NCBI GenBank assembly: GCA_946965045.2
Contig: OX337233.1
Location: 1,488,001 to 1,552,000 of the forward strand
Origin: Epithemia pelagica
Lineage: Eukaryota; Protista; Bacillariophyta
Reading direction: 5' to 3'
Length of the DNA: 64,000 bases
Numbering within the stretch: position 1 is the first letter of the stretch; each line of letters opens with the position of its first letter. This document shows, in pieces, positions 1 to 12,251 of the stretch. The position numbers and the translations under genes are program-made. A model generated the notes under the pieces. It had not been told where the DNA came from. It ran no database searches and worked only from the letters and a program-made list of their open reading frames with translations.

Positions 1-1637
1 CACACACCATCACTCCTTTGACTATCTTCTTCCATACCAAGGGCATGAAAGAAGGACATGAGAAACTTGGTCAAAAAGGCTGGCATGGGCATGAGCTGAG
101 GAGCACCCAGATCAAAGAGTTCGAGGCCACGATCTTTGCAGACAAAGGTGTTGTGTAATCCAGCATCCGTCAAGCCACATGTCCATATACAATCATTGAC
201 ATGACTACTATCAAACGAGGTGGCCAATTGCAAAATGCGCAACCAATAACAATTTTTTTCCACATGATCTAGTACACAACTGGGAGAAGGCGGATCGGCA
301 AAAACGTCTGACATGTCGCAGCCTGTATGAAGCAGTTGTTGCAAAAACATGGCTGGCACTTTTTCATCGTCCATGAGCACTAGATGACCACTTTTGAACC
401 GTTTCCCATACTCTCGTAACCGAGGAAAGCGGCCCTTTTCAGGAAGGTAGTTCTTCCGAATGGCAGTGCCTGCAAACTCGTTGCAAGCCTTGGACACGGC
501 CTGAACAAAATCAATAGCAGGACGGTCTGATAATTGTACTTGTGCCTCAAGGTGTTTGACTTCCTCCCGCACCACATGTATGCTCCCTTCTCGTTCTTGC
601 GGAGAGGAGAGTTGACGAAGGTACTGCATTACTTTGATGAAATCTCCAATGATTCGTTCCAAAAACCGTCCCTTTAGTCGTCCTGACAACAGGACCGTGG
701 CTCCATTTTCCGAAGTTGGGCCTCCAACACGTGATTGAGCCAGCGTACATTTCCAAAGGCGATGTTCCTGTTCTTCGGCCATTGTGTTTGTAAAGGAGCT
801 CAAAAAGTCATACCCCTGGTCCAGAATGCAGTCATTTCCGTCGGTTCGTTGAAACAGATGATGAACATGTAGGACAAAGCGTCTCGTTTTGACTTCAATC
901 TCTTTTTTCCTACCGTATCCGTGGTACGAACTGGAATGGGACGGAGCTAATCGACAGACCCATAGCTCTCGTTTCATCAATTTTGTTTTCATGGCTTGGA
1001 AGACGCGATCCCCAAGGTTACTTGAAGAGTCCTCGTCATGACTGTCGTCTTCGTGAGTGTGGTGTTGGTGGCGATTATGATTGTTGGTAAGAGGCTGTTC
1101 AGGACTCCGACTTATATTCTTCAGCTGTGCAGTAAGGTCTCTCAATGTCCCAGTACGCAGGGTGTTCCAAAGTTCCATGGCCCGATCTCTGACATGACGC
1201 GGACTAATGTAACAAAAGAGAAATTGCGGAATGCGACGAGCAAGGAAGGTCGCTGCTTCCTTCGCATCGCCATCTTTCCCTCGTTTCAAAAGCTGCTCGT
1301 GTACCACCGCCAGTGACATGACTTCTTCCGTGTCTTTTGGTCCAGCATGCTTCATTACCACGGTACTGAGCTCAGGATGATTTCCAGAGAATACTGCAGT
1401 CCCACTTCCACCACCATGTAATAAGACCACATCTGTCAAGGAAGCAGGAGCAAAGCAATTTGGGTGGATCTTGGGAAAGTGGCAATCTTCTTCTGAATCT
1501 ACGTGTAGATGACCTGTCTCATTGTCCAATCGAAGCATGAGACCGTTCCCCTCGGGTACTCTGGCCATGCCGTTCACGTCAAACGAAAGTTGGAGAGTCT
1601 CATGTCGTTTGTTCCTCACAAACTTTCTCAGCGGCAT
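1..1637 (-). CDS. Protein-kinase-like protein, 3' end runs off the window
   Basis: Manual translation gives one open frame from ATG 1637 to the window edge. It is absent from the ORF track, probably because no stop lies in the window. Contains Gly-rich HGGGSGTAVF followed by VVMKH, a DxxxxN loop (LTDAGLHN) and DFG-like FDLG. An upstream exon is possible. Confidence 0.6.
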   Translation of the reverse strand, partial: MPLRKFVRNKRHETLQLSFDVNGMARVPEGNGLMLRLDNETGHLHVDSEEDCHFPKIHPNCFAPASLTDVVLLHGGGSGTAVFSGNHPELSTVVMKHAGPKDTEEVMSLAVVHEQLLKRGKDGDAKEAATFLARRIPQFLFCYISPRHVRDRAMELWNTLRTGTLRDLTAQLKNISRSPEQPLTNNHNRHQHHTHEDDSHDEDSSSNLGDRVFQAMKTKLMKRELWVCRLAPSHSSSYHGYGRKKEIEVKTRRFVLHVHHLFQRTDGNDCILDQGYDFLSSFTNTMAEEQEHRLWKCTLAQSRVGGPTSENGATVLLSGRLKGRFLERIIGDFIKVMQYLRQLSSPQEREGSIHVVREEVKHLEAQVQLSDRPAIDFVQAVSKACNEFAGTAIRKNYLPEKGRFPRLREYGKRFKSGHLVLMDDEKVPAMFLQQLLHTGCDMSDVFADPPSPSCVLDHVEKNCYWLRILQLATSFDSSHVNDCIWTCGLTDAGLHNTFVCKDRGLELFDLGAPQLMPMPAFLTKFLMSFFHALGMEEDSQRSDGV

Positions 1638-2250
1638 TCTCGCACACCTCTCCTTCGGGATGTGGAGTGTTGCTGCCTCCAACCAAAGTTTTCTTTAATC
1701 ACACCAATGGACGTTCTCTGTGACGTCCAATTGCGCTCTTGTCTAGGTTTCCTTTTGTGTTGGTAGGTGATAGGTGATGCGTCTCCTACCCCCCAGCGGG
1801 GGTGAGTAATGATGACTAGCGAAAGAATAGACGATTTGTATTCTCTAAATACAAGCGCAGCGTATTCGATCACGCGGGACTCACTCACCCGTGCTTGGGG
1901 GTAATGCGTCTCCATATTCTCGATTTCTCTCTCCTCGATGTCATTGCGTATCTTGTTGCTAACGCTGATGAGAATGATGACAGGGACAAAGACGACGTAC
2001 AGACAGACTGGTGTCTTACACCCCATCTCCCCAGGCGGTCCCCATGAAGCCGGCCAACCATGTTGGCGCGTGCCGAAAGACGAATCTGTCTGTCTGTACC
2101 CCGTCATCCCTCCACTGAACACGTCACAGTGGTCCATCGCCATGGCGGAATCAACCGAGTTTTATCGCACTTTATCTAATCACCATACAAATAAAAACGG
2201 AAAGGACACCGAGTGTGGTTGCAGTGGAAAAGCTTTCCTTTGACAAGGAG

Positions 2251-2788
2251 ATGGGGAAAGGATCCAACGTTCAAAAGAAACAACAAGCGCAGCTGCGCAA
2301 CCAAAAAGATCGAGGGAAGACGGATGCAGAACGAAAAGCTGCCGCAGCCAAGGCCAAGTAAGTGCATGATGGATTCACATCGATGAGGGGGTAAACTCTA
2401 TTTGAACACGCGAATAATGATCAGGGCTGCTCTTTCACCTCAGTCTTAAAATGCCTTACACTGTTGTTTTTGATCCTCCCTTTACGTCCGTCTCAGTGTG
2501 GACAAGGCTGCGTTCATGTGTGAGCTATGTCGGCAAACTTTTATGATTAGTTCGAAACCGCCATTGCTATGGCAACATTTACAAGCCAAACATCCTGCGG
2601 GAACTTCACCAACTGCGTGTTTTCCTATCTTGCTAAAAGATTTCGATCCTAATGATCCAAACGGAGAAAAGAAAGCAGCGGCCAGTGCCAAATCCACATC
2701 TGCTGCACCCATAAAAAAGAAGGTTCCCAAAAAGAACGACGATTTGGATGCATTGTTGGATGCTGGTCTAAAAAAGGGAAAGAAATGA
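2251..2788 (+). CDS. Small basic SERF/4F5-like N-terminus plus C2H2 zinc finger (ZNF706/At2g23090-like), 2 exons
   Basis: Exon 2251-2357 (MGKGSNVQKKQQAQLRNQKD...) splices via GTAAGT...CTCAG (intron 2358-2496) in frame to NVDKAAFMCELCRQTF...WQHLQAKHP. Confidence 0.8.
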
Positions 2789-3370
2789 TAACAGTCCCGT
2801 CCTGTTTAGTAGAATTGGTCATAAGGAGAATCTCTATCGGAACCTGTCAGAGAAATGCGGCGCCCATCCACTGTACGAGTCGATTCATGTACGATTGTCA
2901 TCAGTTTTTAACAAGAAGAGTTACAATTTTCGTTCTCCTTTGCAATGGCTAAAGCTCTGTAATATTAGACCATTAGCTAATACGACAAGTGGTCATGGCA
3001 CCCAGCGTCCAACATCAATAAACGACTACTGATAAAGTATTTCAGTAGACGTCATTTCCATCAGAAGAAGGGATATTGGACAACACAAGGAGTTTTTGGA
3101 TCTCCTGAACACCGACAGGGATTGCTGTAAACTATGTTTCATCATCACGAAATTCTAGCTCCTCTCAAAGACCGGTAGCGATTCGTAGCAAGAAGTGATA
3201 CAAATGTCAGCGTCAAATCAGCCATGATTTGGAATCGAGGCGCGTGGGTCTACAAAGACCACCACGTTTCTGAAACGTTTCGTCAGTTCGACAATGCCTT
3301 GTTTCGCAACTCTCTCTTTATCGTGACTAAGTAGAGGAGCAGAAATCATTATCCGACACCACAGAACAAA

Positions 3371-4678
3371 TCAGTCCAGTTTGATTCCAACAGGTCGACT
3401 TTGAGAAGAGTTTCGTGGACTTAGGTCCTCTTCGGCTCCACTGGAGAGAATCTTGCTGATTCCAGTAGCTTGCCCTGCCCACAAGAAACCTATCATAAAT
3501 GTTCCAAACAAGGAAGAGTACATGATCCACTCGAGTTCTGTCCACGACTGGTACTCATGATTTTCGCCACTACCCTGATCTTGGTTTCGTTGTGGTTTCT
3601 GGTACATCCACACCATGGCAAAGCCATATCGGACGGCCTGAAAAGCACAAACATATCGCATTTGCGGCATGCTGAGGAAGGAACGCACTCGCAACAACCA
3701 AACAGCATTGATCATCGAGTAGAACGCCTGGACACCAAACGCAAACATGACGCGCGGTGTGACTTCAGTTGTGGAAACATGATACATATCGTGAACATGA
3801 TGTTGCCACAGTGCCTGGCCTTGCGCAATGGCGATGAAACCATCCATAACCGCTCCATAGAAGAGAGCGTTCGCGGGGATTGACCATTTCATAAATTCAT
3901 CATCTACGTTGGGTTTTGGGGGGTTCTCTTCCTGTGAATTGATGCTACTGGTAGCAAGTGATGAAGTAGAAGAACTCTGAGCTGACCCCCGAAACATGAA
4001 AGACGCACTTGATTTCCTTCGAGAATCTTCTATTCTCTGTCTCCTGTCCTCATGCCTGGTCCTTGTCAAAAGAGTCCACAAACTTAACGACAGTGCCGCA
4101 AGATTGTAAAATACAAAACTGGAGAAAAACCGACTACTCCAAACTTCCGACGGTACTTGAAGAATTGGAATCCATGAATCGAAGGGTGGCGATGTCAACA
4201 TGTGAGGGTGAGGCTTTTGGAAGAACGTCAACAGCAGCAACGACAATAGTGTGCAGGTCAACAGAACACGGTGAAAATCCAGCATGGCATAAATCCAGTA
4301 CCGTTGAGGACGCAACCAAATCACCAAAAAGACGATCCATGCAAGTCCATATTGATGCAAAAATGACTGTCCCATATCGAAGACAGCACGAACTTCAGTG
4401 TTGTTAACGCAAAATTCACTGGATACATTCATATCATTTTGAAACACGGAGCAAGGTTGCACAGGGAATGATTCCGACGCTAGTCCAAGTCTCTCATCAA
4501 GTCGTCCAAGAGATCTAAGCGTTTTATGAAACCATTCTTGAAGAAGGATTCCAGTCGGAAGTAAGCCAAATCTGAATGGAATGCCGGTAAGTATCATGTT
4601 CAATAGACCAGCCCTGAATGGGGTCAAGAAAAAGGACTCATAAAGAGTTCTTGGTTCAGCTGGCATTGCCGTTGCCAT
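3371..4678 (-). CDS. Hypothetical multi-pass membrane protein (435 aa)
   Basis: Long ATG-initiated ORF with several hydrophobic segments and a Ser-rich loop. No family recognised. Confidence 0.65.
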   Translation of the reverse strand: MATAMPAEPRTLYESFFLTPFRAGLLNMILTGIPFRFGLLPTGILLQEWFHKTLRSLGRLDERLGLASESFPVQPCSVFQNDMNVSSEFCVNNTEVRAVFDMGQSFLHQYGLAWIVFLVIWLRPQRYWIYAMLDFHRVLLTCTLLSLLLLTFFQKPHPHMLTSPPFDSWIPILQVPSEVWSSRFFSSFVFYNLAALSLSLWTLLTRTRHEDRRQRIEDSRRKSSASFMFRGSAQSSSTSSLATSSINSQEENPPKPNVDDEFMKWSIPANALFYGAVMDGFIAIAQGQALWQHHVHDMYHVSTTEVTPRVMFAFGVQAFYSMINAVWLLRVRSFLSMPQMRYVCAFQAVRYGFAMVWMYQKPQRNQDQGSGENHEYQSWTELEWIMYSSLFGTFMIGFLWAGQATGISKILSSGAEEDLSPRNSSQSRPVGIKLD

Positions 4679-5077
4679 GGTCTTCGGTCAACAGTTTCTG
4701 AGAACTTTATTGAGCTGGGAAACGGGAATTCCAGGCGGGGCGAAATGCTCCAAAATTTCCTGGTCAATTGCAGAAACAGTACAAACTACAAACCATAGTT
4801 GCGGGAAGAGAAGGAGTAGTACAGAATGACATGCCTACTAGCAAGGACTAGAGGAGTAACAGCTCTAGAAGAGTAACACACCTTTCGTCGTACCTTACTT
4901 TCTTCTTCCCAATTCACATTGACGATTAAGTCAGACAACCCCCCTCTCAAAGACTCCACCATACCGCAATCACATAAGCCCCATACTGAGATAGCTACTT
5001 GTAGAGGAAATGATCGCGGTTGGCAAACAAACCCCCTCTCAAAGATTCCACCATACCACAATCACATACCGAGATAG

Positions 5078-8000
5078 TTAGAGGAAATGAACGCGGTTGG
5101 AATATTTCATATGGTTGATCTCTTCGCCGCTATCAGGCATTCCACCGGCAAGCTCAGCAAGTTTGTGGGCCATCTGGCACACGGCCGGTACTTTGATCGA
5201 ACCAGTCCAGTTGGGGTACGCATGGCACTGACCCCACGTAAGCTCACTGACTGGAACTGACATCAATCCCTGATCTCGTTCAATCACAACAAAACGAGCC
5301 GGCTTGGCGGTGCTGTATGGAGGCGCTCGACCGTTGATGTAAAAGGTTTGGTTTTCCAAACCTTGTAGTGCAGCAACCATTGTTCCGGCGGGTGCCGACA
5401 GGGAACCATCGTTATATCCTGGAACGCCCATTGCCAGGAACTTGTTGTCAATTCGCTTCTGGCAAGTGATGTACGCGAGATCAACCGGCTTCTTGTTGGT
5501 TCCTACTGTCTCGGAGAGGCCCTGACGAATTCCGCGAATTTCATCAGAGGCAAAACCACCAAAAGCCGAGTCCGCAATACCATCGCGCCAAACAATGCAA
5601 GAAGCCGGAGGAACTTTAAACGCTTTCATCGCGTTCGACAACGCAGATTTGTAGGCGTTTTCCAATTCAAACTCCTGTCCACCGGACTGCTTGAAGGTCT
5701 GCGAGTAGATTTGAACCCTGCTGTCCTTCGGCGTATGTTCTCGCATCATTTGAACAATTATTGCCGCACAAGACGGCTTCCTGACACGCTTTCGTTTCTC
5801 CTGATCATAGTACGGAGGCGCGTGGAACACGTCCACACCGACAAAATAGACGGGCAAAGGGACAGATCGGGGAATTGAAACCCACCTATTGAAGAAGAAA
5901 GAGTTAGAATAATGAAATGAGAAAATGATGTTTGGGGATCCAAGAACTCACCAGAGCGCAACTCCTGCTTTTTGAAGAATCTGTCGCGACACTCCTTGAA
6001 GGATCATGTCGCTTTTTCGCTCATCACGAGGTTGGTCATGACTGTAAGTTTTGAAGTTGACAAATTGGGAAAGATGCCCAGTTTTGGCAAGCAAGTGCTT
6101 GATGACGGGATACGCCGTGTCTGCCGAGCCTCGAGGTTTCACGAAATCCAGCACGAATACATTGTCTTTACCAGATCCAGAAAAGTACTTTGCAACTTCT
6201 CCAATATGCGCATCATCCCGCTTTCCGGTATTCACCAAGGCAGTAGGAGTCTCGGCAAATTGGTATTTTGCGGCAAAGTTATTCACCATTCGGCAAATCC
6301 GCTGAAAGACCGACCGAACATCGCGCGCATCAATCATATCCGAATGGAAAATAACGGCGTTCAATTTGGTTGAACTATTGGCGTTTACACGGAAGTTTGC
6401 CTTTCCAAGCACGGGTGCCCAGTTCTCAGCGTTGCGTTCGGGAACAGCCACACCTGCGGCCATCATTGCTGGAACACTCAATATTTTAGCAGCAACGGGA
6501 AGACGCTTGTTTTCAAGACGAACTCCCAGTGCAGGCAAGAGCCCACCGGCGTTCTTCGTGGTCTGCGCACCGGGAACAAGAAAGTCGCGGACCTTGTCGA
6601 TCGCACTATTACGAATCTCGGGTTTGAAACTGGCAATCATCGGGAGCTGTTCCCGTACATTCGTGTCCAATTCAGTTCCGGTGACCAATTCTGCTGGAAG
6701 AAAAATCTCGCGGTCTTGACGGCCAAGGACGGTCACCATGGGAACATGATCAGGGTATTCAAGACGAACACCTTTGTTCTTAAAGTACTGGTCATGGTTG
6801 ATTTTCTGTTCAGGCACCATTAGCGAACGAGGGCTATTCTCGAAATCCAGACCAACGATCGTGTACCCTGTTTAAAAAGGAGAAACAACAAAATGAGGGA
6901 ACAGCAGTACTTAAAAAGCATGTCCACAACACAAAACACCCATACCCTTCTTCTCACGAGTATACATGACTCGTTCACCAATCCACTGGCGCTTTGCTTG
7001 CTGCTGATTACGTTGGTTCCAATCGGTATCAGTGCTCTGGATATTGTTGAGAACATCAAGCAACGTGTTCGTACGCATAATCTTCGCACGCAAGTCGACA
7101 GTTAGAGTGAGTCTGGCAGAGGAAGTGTTTGGAGATGAGTCCGTACGACGCAACACGCCAAACTTGCACGAATAAGCTTCGTAGATATCAATTCCAAGAC
7201 TTCTTCCATCTCTGGTTTTTCCTGGAATTGCACGACTCTCGTCAATGTACTCCTCACCCCATTTACGGAGGCGTTCTCCCATAGCACGTTGAAGCGCGGT
7301 GTTGACATACGCGAGAAATGTTTCCAACAATGCGGGACCGTCCGTCTCAGCAGGGTAAACAGGCATGTCTCCCGTTTGTGCACAATGCTGAAGCATGTGC
7401 TCTTCTGACTTGAAGGTTTTCGTGGAGTTCATCGTGCGGAAGGTGTCCGCAACAACCTCCCCTGGGCCCGCTTGCGGTACTGGTGTCTTTAGACACTCAG
7501 GAGGGCCAAAATGTTGGACTTGGACAATTGTGAGTGTATCTCCCTTTGTTTCGGACCCGTCTACAAGCTGAAGCGGAAGCTTTCCTCTCTCTAGTCCGTT
7601 GATAGGCCTTCCTGAAAAGAAAAATGAGCCTGCAAAGAAAATTACTCTTTTGAAGCTCTCTTTTTGCGCATTTGACATGTCCTTCAGAAGACCGTCCCAG
7701 ACGCCCCTTCGAAAAAGCTCTGCACGGCGTCCACGTCCCTCAATGTTTTGGTCGTTCTTGTCTTTGCAATCTACAGTGTAGAGGAAGAAGCTAAAGTTGG
7801 GACCTGGGAGTCAAGCAAATCCGGAAGAATGAGAGAAATGATAAAAGAGCAAAAACACCTGTACGCCACCGCCACTTACTAACTTCAGCGGGAAGAATAT
7901 TGGTAAGAACAGATTTAATGCCTGACAAATCAGGGCCGCGTCCACGTCCACCACCACCGCGTCCACCGCCTCGCTGGTCCCGACCTCCACCTCGTTGGTC

Positions 8001-8248
8001 CCGACCACCTCCTCGCTGGTCTCTGTAGCCGCCACGGGGAGGTCCTCTACCTCCTCCTCCGCGTCCACCGTAGTCTAAAGAAGAGAACAGAAATTAAATG
8101 AATCAAACATCAAAGCAACACAATCAGAAGCGCTATCGCAGGCCAGAAACCAACCTCCGCCACCTCGCTGACCGCGGCCACCGCTGCCGCCTCTTCCTCC
8201 TCCTCGATAAGAGCCTCCGCCCCCTCCTTGGCGGCCCCGTCCACTCAT
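5078..8248 (-). CDS. AGO: Argonaute (RG-rich N-terminus, PAZ, MID, PIWI), 5 exons
   Basis: Exons 8248-8155, 8074-7880, 7803-6946, 6867-5952 and 5885-5078 join in frame at GT-AG sites. PIWI motifs VGVDVFH, VWRDG, CQKR, PTY-like PARF, CHAYPNWTGSIKVPA and QMAHKLA; C-terminal HFL. Confidence 0.93.
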
Positions 8249-8835
8249 CTGATCAAAGTACTAAAAAAATAAGGATGTGGTTTCCACAAATGCTTGCTGG
8301 GTGCACCAGTGTATTCAATCCATGCAATGAACCGGAGTTGCGTTGGAAGTTTGGTGTGAAGAGAAGCCGAGGCTGCGTTTGGGCGAGCTTTTGTAGGGCT
8401 TCTTCAGTACTACTAGTATGAGAAAAAGAGTACACGTCGCTGAGTTAAAAATAGGTTGCGTTTGTTTGTTGACTTTTGACCACACATTTACGATTACTGA
8501 CAACTGACAGCAATCACATTGTAGTTGCAGACATCAACGGACGGATGATGAGGCTAGGTACTCCTGTTCCTGCTACCTCCCCGTTGAGTACAAGCGAAAT
8601 AGGAGTAGGAGTAATAGGGAAACATTGGCCCTCTAGAATCCAGGAAGTCAGAGACAAGCATCGCAATCTTGGTACGAACTACGAAATCACTGAGAAAGGC
8701 CTAGGTTTAGCGAGCAAAACTGATAAACTTTACTTCGGACGCTTTAGAACAAACCAAACTGATTTTGAAAAACGACTTGTTCCTTCTTATTCATGCAAGT
8801 GCCAGGTCGAACGAAAGCATGTCGGGAACGCGCAA

Positions 8836-11664
8836 TCAAATAGGTTTATTCGTGGGGTCCGCAAAAGGCAGCCTCTTCCCCTTCTCGGGTCCGTCACTGA
8901 CGAAAACCAGGGGCTTGTACTCATCATCCTTATCCATCAAAGCCGAGTTCTCAAAACGCTTCAACATGGCTGCTTTTCCTTGGATGCGAGCATATGTAAT
9001 ATCGCAAATCTTATCGCTGTTGAATGTGCGCCACTGCTTACCATAGTACCGACGGTGAAAGGCCAAGATATCTTGAAAGTTGATGAAGTTAATGAAAGCG
9101 TAGCCTCTGTTGCACCTGTTTTTGAAATCAATTGGTAAATAAAAGAAATCAATGACACCTGGCCCATGCCCGTTCTCGGTAAATTCGGCGAGTAGCATCT
9201 GCTGTGTGTACTTGTTTGGAATATTGCGCACCATTAACGACGTCCGAGTATCTCGTCCAATTTCAACCGCATCGAAGTCCAACATAAGATGGCTATTGTC
9301 CTTATCGTCACCAGTCGAATGGTGGGAGAGGTGTGTACCATGAGTGCCATGCGAGCGTCCTGAATGAACGCTTACATTGTCGGACGCAACAGAGTGTGAA
9401 TAGTAGGGTGTCGTTGCTCCACCACGGCGTGCACCATCGACATATGCGGGGCCCGTTACAATAGGAGTGGGATAGCCATTTTGTGTCCCTGGTCCATAGA
9501 CATGTTGTGATGGTCCAGAAGATATATAGATATGACCATCAGTTCCATGAATGATCTGTTGCTGTCCACCTCGAGGATCGACGGCATACTGAGTTCCGTG
9601 GGGAGGAATTCCTATCGTGCTCTGGACGACCACTGGTGTATAACGTCCATCTGGTCCCATTATCAGCTGAGTTACCGTTTCAGGTTGACGACCTCCACCA
9701 TATCCACCATAATACGTGTCATGTTGCATCATCTGCGGTTGCGGAGGACCACCAGCACCAGGGTCTCGTCCTCCTCGGTAGTCATTAGGAGGGTACGCTG
9801 GAGCTGCATGACGGTACCCATCAGAACCAATCGATCCAGGACCTCCGTTGACCGGACCAGAACGGCCCATTCCATGCCTCCAGCGACTGATCGTCGAAAG
9901 AAGTTCTCGGCCTCGCCTACGATCTCCCGGTTGGCGAGGACTGACTTCAACCGTGGTGTCGGGTCCCCATGGAAGCGAACTCTCAAGTTCAAGACTCGCT
10001 TGCTTCGCATCCTGAACATTTTGAAACTCAATCAAATATGACCCTGGTCCTTGATAGATGCATGCTCTTATCGCTCCGAAACTTCGAAGCATGTTTGTCA
10101 GTGCACCCTCATTAATTTCGCCCGATAGGCCATTGATGACTATCTGGCTTTCATCAAACTGACTGGATGAATTTAATGGTAAGCCATATCGCACAAGAAC
10201 ATCTTCACTGCTTCCATAATTCAAAACGATTCGCTGAAGTCTTCCCTGGAGTTCCCGTGCTGCAATCTCGGCGCTGCGGATATCGTAAAACGAAGCAAAG
10301 AATATGCCCTTGGGGGCAAACTCGGCACGAAAAGATTCTAAAGCCCCAAAGGATTCACATTCCGAGCGTACTTCTGGAGGCTTCAACCATGACGCATGTG
10401 TAATGGCAATGGTTCGGCTTGATCGAGCACCCCCACTCACTTCCCAGAGGTACGGCTCCAGCTCCGCTTCACATTGACGAGGCGAAACGTCACCTCCTCC
10501 ATCAAGGGGATCAGAAAGCGTCGAAGCTCCATCATTGGAGTCATTAAAGTGACCACCTGGTCTAAATTCTTTCGACTGACTGCTCAGAGTGCTCTGTGGG
10601 CGACCACCTGGGTATGCTCCAAAAGGCGGAGAGCCATGATTGTACGACGGTGCTGCGGGGTCAATTCGCTTGGAAACTACACCGGAGGAAATGTTGTTCC
10701 CACTCAACTGACTTTCAGAGTCGGTCGGTTCGTCCACATTCACTCCGATGTCTTTGCCATGCGGATATGAAAGAGGTCCTCTCGGTGCAGATGGGTGCTG
10801 TGCAACTCCTCTGGCATTTGCCTCCCTCTGAGCCAGTGCCATATCGTCTCGGACCCCACCCGGTGGTCTGTTCGGTGATGAGAGAGATGTGGGAAATCCC
10901 CGAGGATCGTTCGGTAGAGTGTGTTTCGAATCAGCAGCTGTTTGCGGTGCCGTAAAAAGGCGACTCGGATCACGAAAGCCCTGGTGTTCCAAAGTGCCAA
11001 AACCAAGGGACGCGGCAACTGCGGTACCAGACGAGGGGGCACCAATCAAGCGCGATGCAGTATGGCGGGCTTGTCGCTGTAAATTAGGATTGTCTGCAAG
11101 CCTTCGACGAAGAAGTGAGTCCGCCGTATGTTGCCCAGAGTCTTCCACAGAATCCGTGAGACTGCCACCGAGAGCATCCACCAAGTTCGTCAACGAGAAA
11201 CCTCTTTCAGCACTATCGCTATCACCTGTGAACCCTGAGTTAGCATCTTCATCCCCGCGAGATTCACTGCTAGGAAGAGCTGTAGGGCGTTGAACATGAG
11301 CATGTGCTGACCCGGAGTTCAAAGGCACACCAAATATAGCTTCTTCTGCACGGCGATTGCGATCTTCAGAATCAGGGTCAACAAACCCAGGCGGTGGAGG
11401 AGCTGATGTAGGACGCTCATAGGGATCTACTGCCAATTCTCCTTGTTGTAACCGTATCGAGCCCAACGATCCTACAGAAGCTCCATCACCGGTGTTACCG
11501 CTAGCTTCCACTTGCTGCTGTACCAACTGATTATACTCCCTCGCTTGCTCTGGAGTCCACCCTTCTGTTCGATGATTAGGTAGGCGCTTATTCTCACCTT
11601 GATCCAGACGACTTCCGTTATTGAGACCAGCCATGCTTGCTGTTATCGTTGTAGCCACATTCAT
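8836..11664 (-). CDS. Mei2-like RNA-binding protein (C-terminal Mei2-type RRM3 plus upstream degenerate RRMs)
   Basis: DTRTSLMVRNIPNKYTQQML...DFFYLPIDFKNRCNRGYAFINF...ITYARIQG is the Mei2/AML RRM3 signature. RRM-like segments FFASFYDIRSA and YLIEFQNVQDA lie upstream. First ATG at 11664. Confidence 0.9.
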   Translation of the reverse strand: MNVATTITASMAGLNNGSRLDQGENKRLPNHRTEGWTPEQAREYNQLVQQQVEASGNTGDGASVGSLGSIRLQQGELAVDPYERPTSAPPPPGFVDPDSEDRNRRAEEAIFGVPLNSGSAHAHVQRPTALPSSESRGDEDANSGFTGDSDSAERGFSLTNLVDALGGSLTDSVEDSGQHTADSLLRRRLADNPNLQRQARHTASRLIGAPSSGTAVAASLGFGTLEHQGFRDPSRLFTAPQTAADSKHTLPNDPRGFPTSLSSPNRPPGGVRDDMALAQREANARGVAQHPSAPRGPLSYPHGKDIGVNVDEPTDSESQLSGNNISSGVVSKRIDPAAPSYNHGSPPFGAYPGGRPQSTLSSQSKEFRPGGHFNDSNDGASTLSDPLDGGGDVSPRQCEAELEPYLWEVSGGARSSRTIAITHASWLKPPEVRSECESFGALESFRAEFAPKGIFFASFYDIRSAEIAARELQGRLQRIVLNYGSSEDVLVRYGLPLNSSSQFDESQIVINGLSGEINEGALTNMLRSFGAIRACIYQGPGSYLIEFQNVQDAKQASLELESSLPWGPDTTVEVSPRQPGDRRRGRELLSTISRWRHGMGRSGPVNGGPGSIGSDGYRHAAPAYPPNDYRGGRDPGAGGPPQPQMMQHDTYYGGYGGGRQPETVTQLIMGPDGRYTPVVVQSTIGIPPHGTQYAVDPRGGQQQIIHGTDGHIYISSGPSQHVYGPGTQNGYPTPIVTGPAYVDGARRGGATTPYYSHSVASDNVSVHSGRSHGTHGTHLSHHSTGDDKDNSHLMLDFDAVEIGRDTRTSLMVRNIPNKYTQQMLLAEFTENGHGPGVIDFFYLPIDFKNRCNRGYAFINFINFQDILAFHRRYYGKQWRTFNSDKICDITYARIQGKAAMLKRFENSALMDKDDEYKPLVFVSDGPEKGKRLPFADPTNKPI

Positions 11665-12251
11665 CGAAACAAGGATCAAAGAAATCGCGTTAACATAAGG
11701 TTTGGCTCAGATTTCTGATAACTTCTGGGACAGATTCGCGCCAACGAACTGCTCCAGATAGATGAGCCAACCGTGAATGTTAATGGAAGAGCAATTTTTC
11801 CAAACAAATATCGGCAGTGGTTGTACAAAGCACAAACTTAAGCACAAGATCGCCACTCCGAGCAACCCGAAGCGTTGTGTGTTGCGTCGTCTTCTTGTCT
11901 TGCTCTTCACTACCTTTGTGCTTCTCCTGCTGTGTTTTTTTTCGGAGGGACACCTCAAACCTCAAATTTATGGACCCTGCCGTTGTCTGCTGTCGCTTCA
12001 ATCCGTCAAGCCCTGTTGAATTTGCAAAAGATAGGTTGTACGAATGCCACCGTCCTTCATTCGCCCGATTCTACAGTACCACGGAAATCCACCTGTCACT
12101 TCTTGCGAGACTTGACCATGAACCATCTTACTCCAGATGCAATCCTTCTATCTACTGCCCTACTCTCTAGAGAACTTGGCAGTAGCTTTATACGTCTCTT
12201 TTTATCAAACAACATAAGCATTATTTCTTGTAGGGATGTGGGTGGGATTGT

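Noticed and set aside
1628-2143. 171-aa minus-strand ORF with a hydrophobic stretch, just upstream of the kinase-like gene
   Set aside because: Different frame from the kinase-like ORF. A donor-like GTGAGT exists near 1889, but I found no convincing in-frame acceptor, so it was not called.
8476-9138. 220-aa plus-strand ORF
   Set aside because: Antisense shadow of the Mei2-like RRM3 plus intergenic DNA, with no motif. The same applies to the many other antisense ORFs over called genes.
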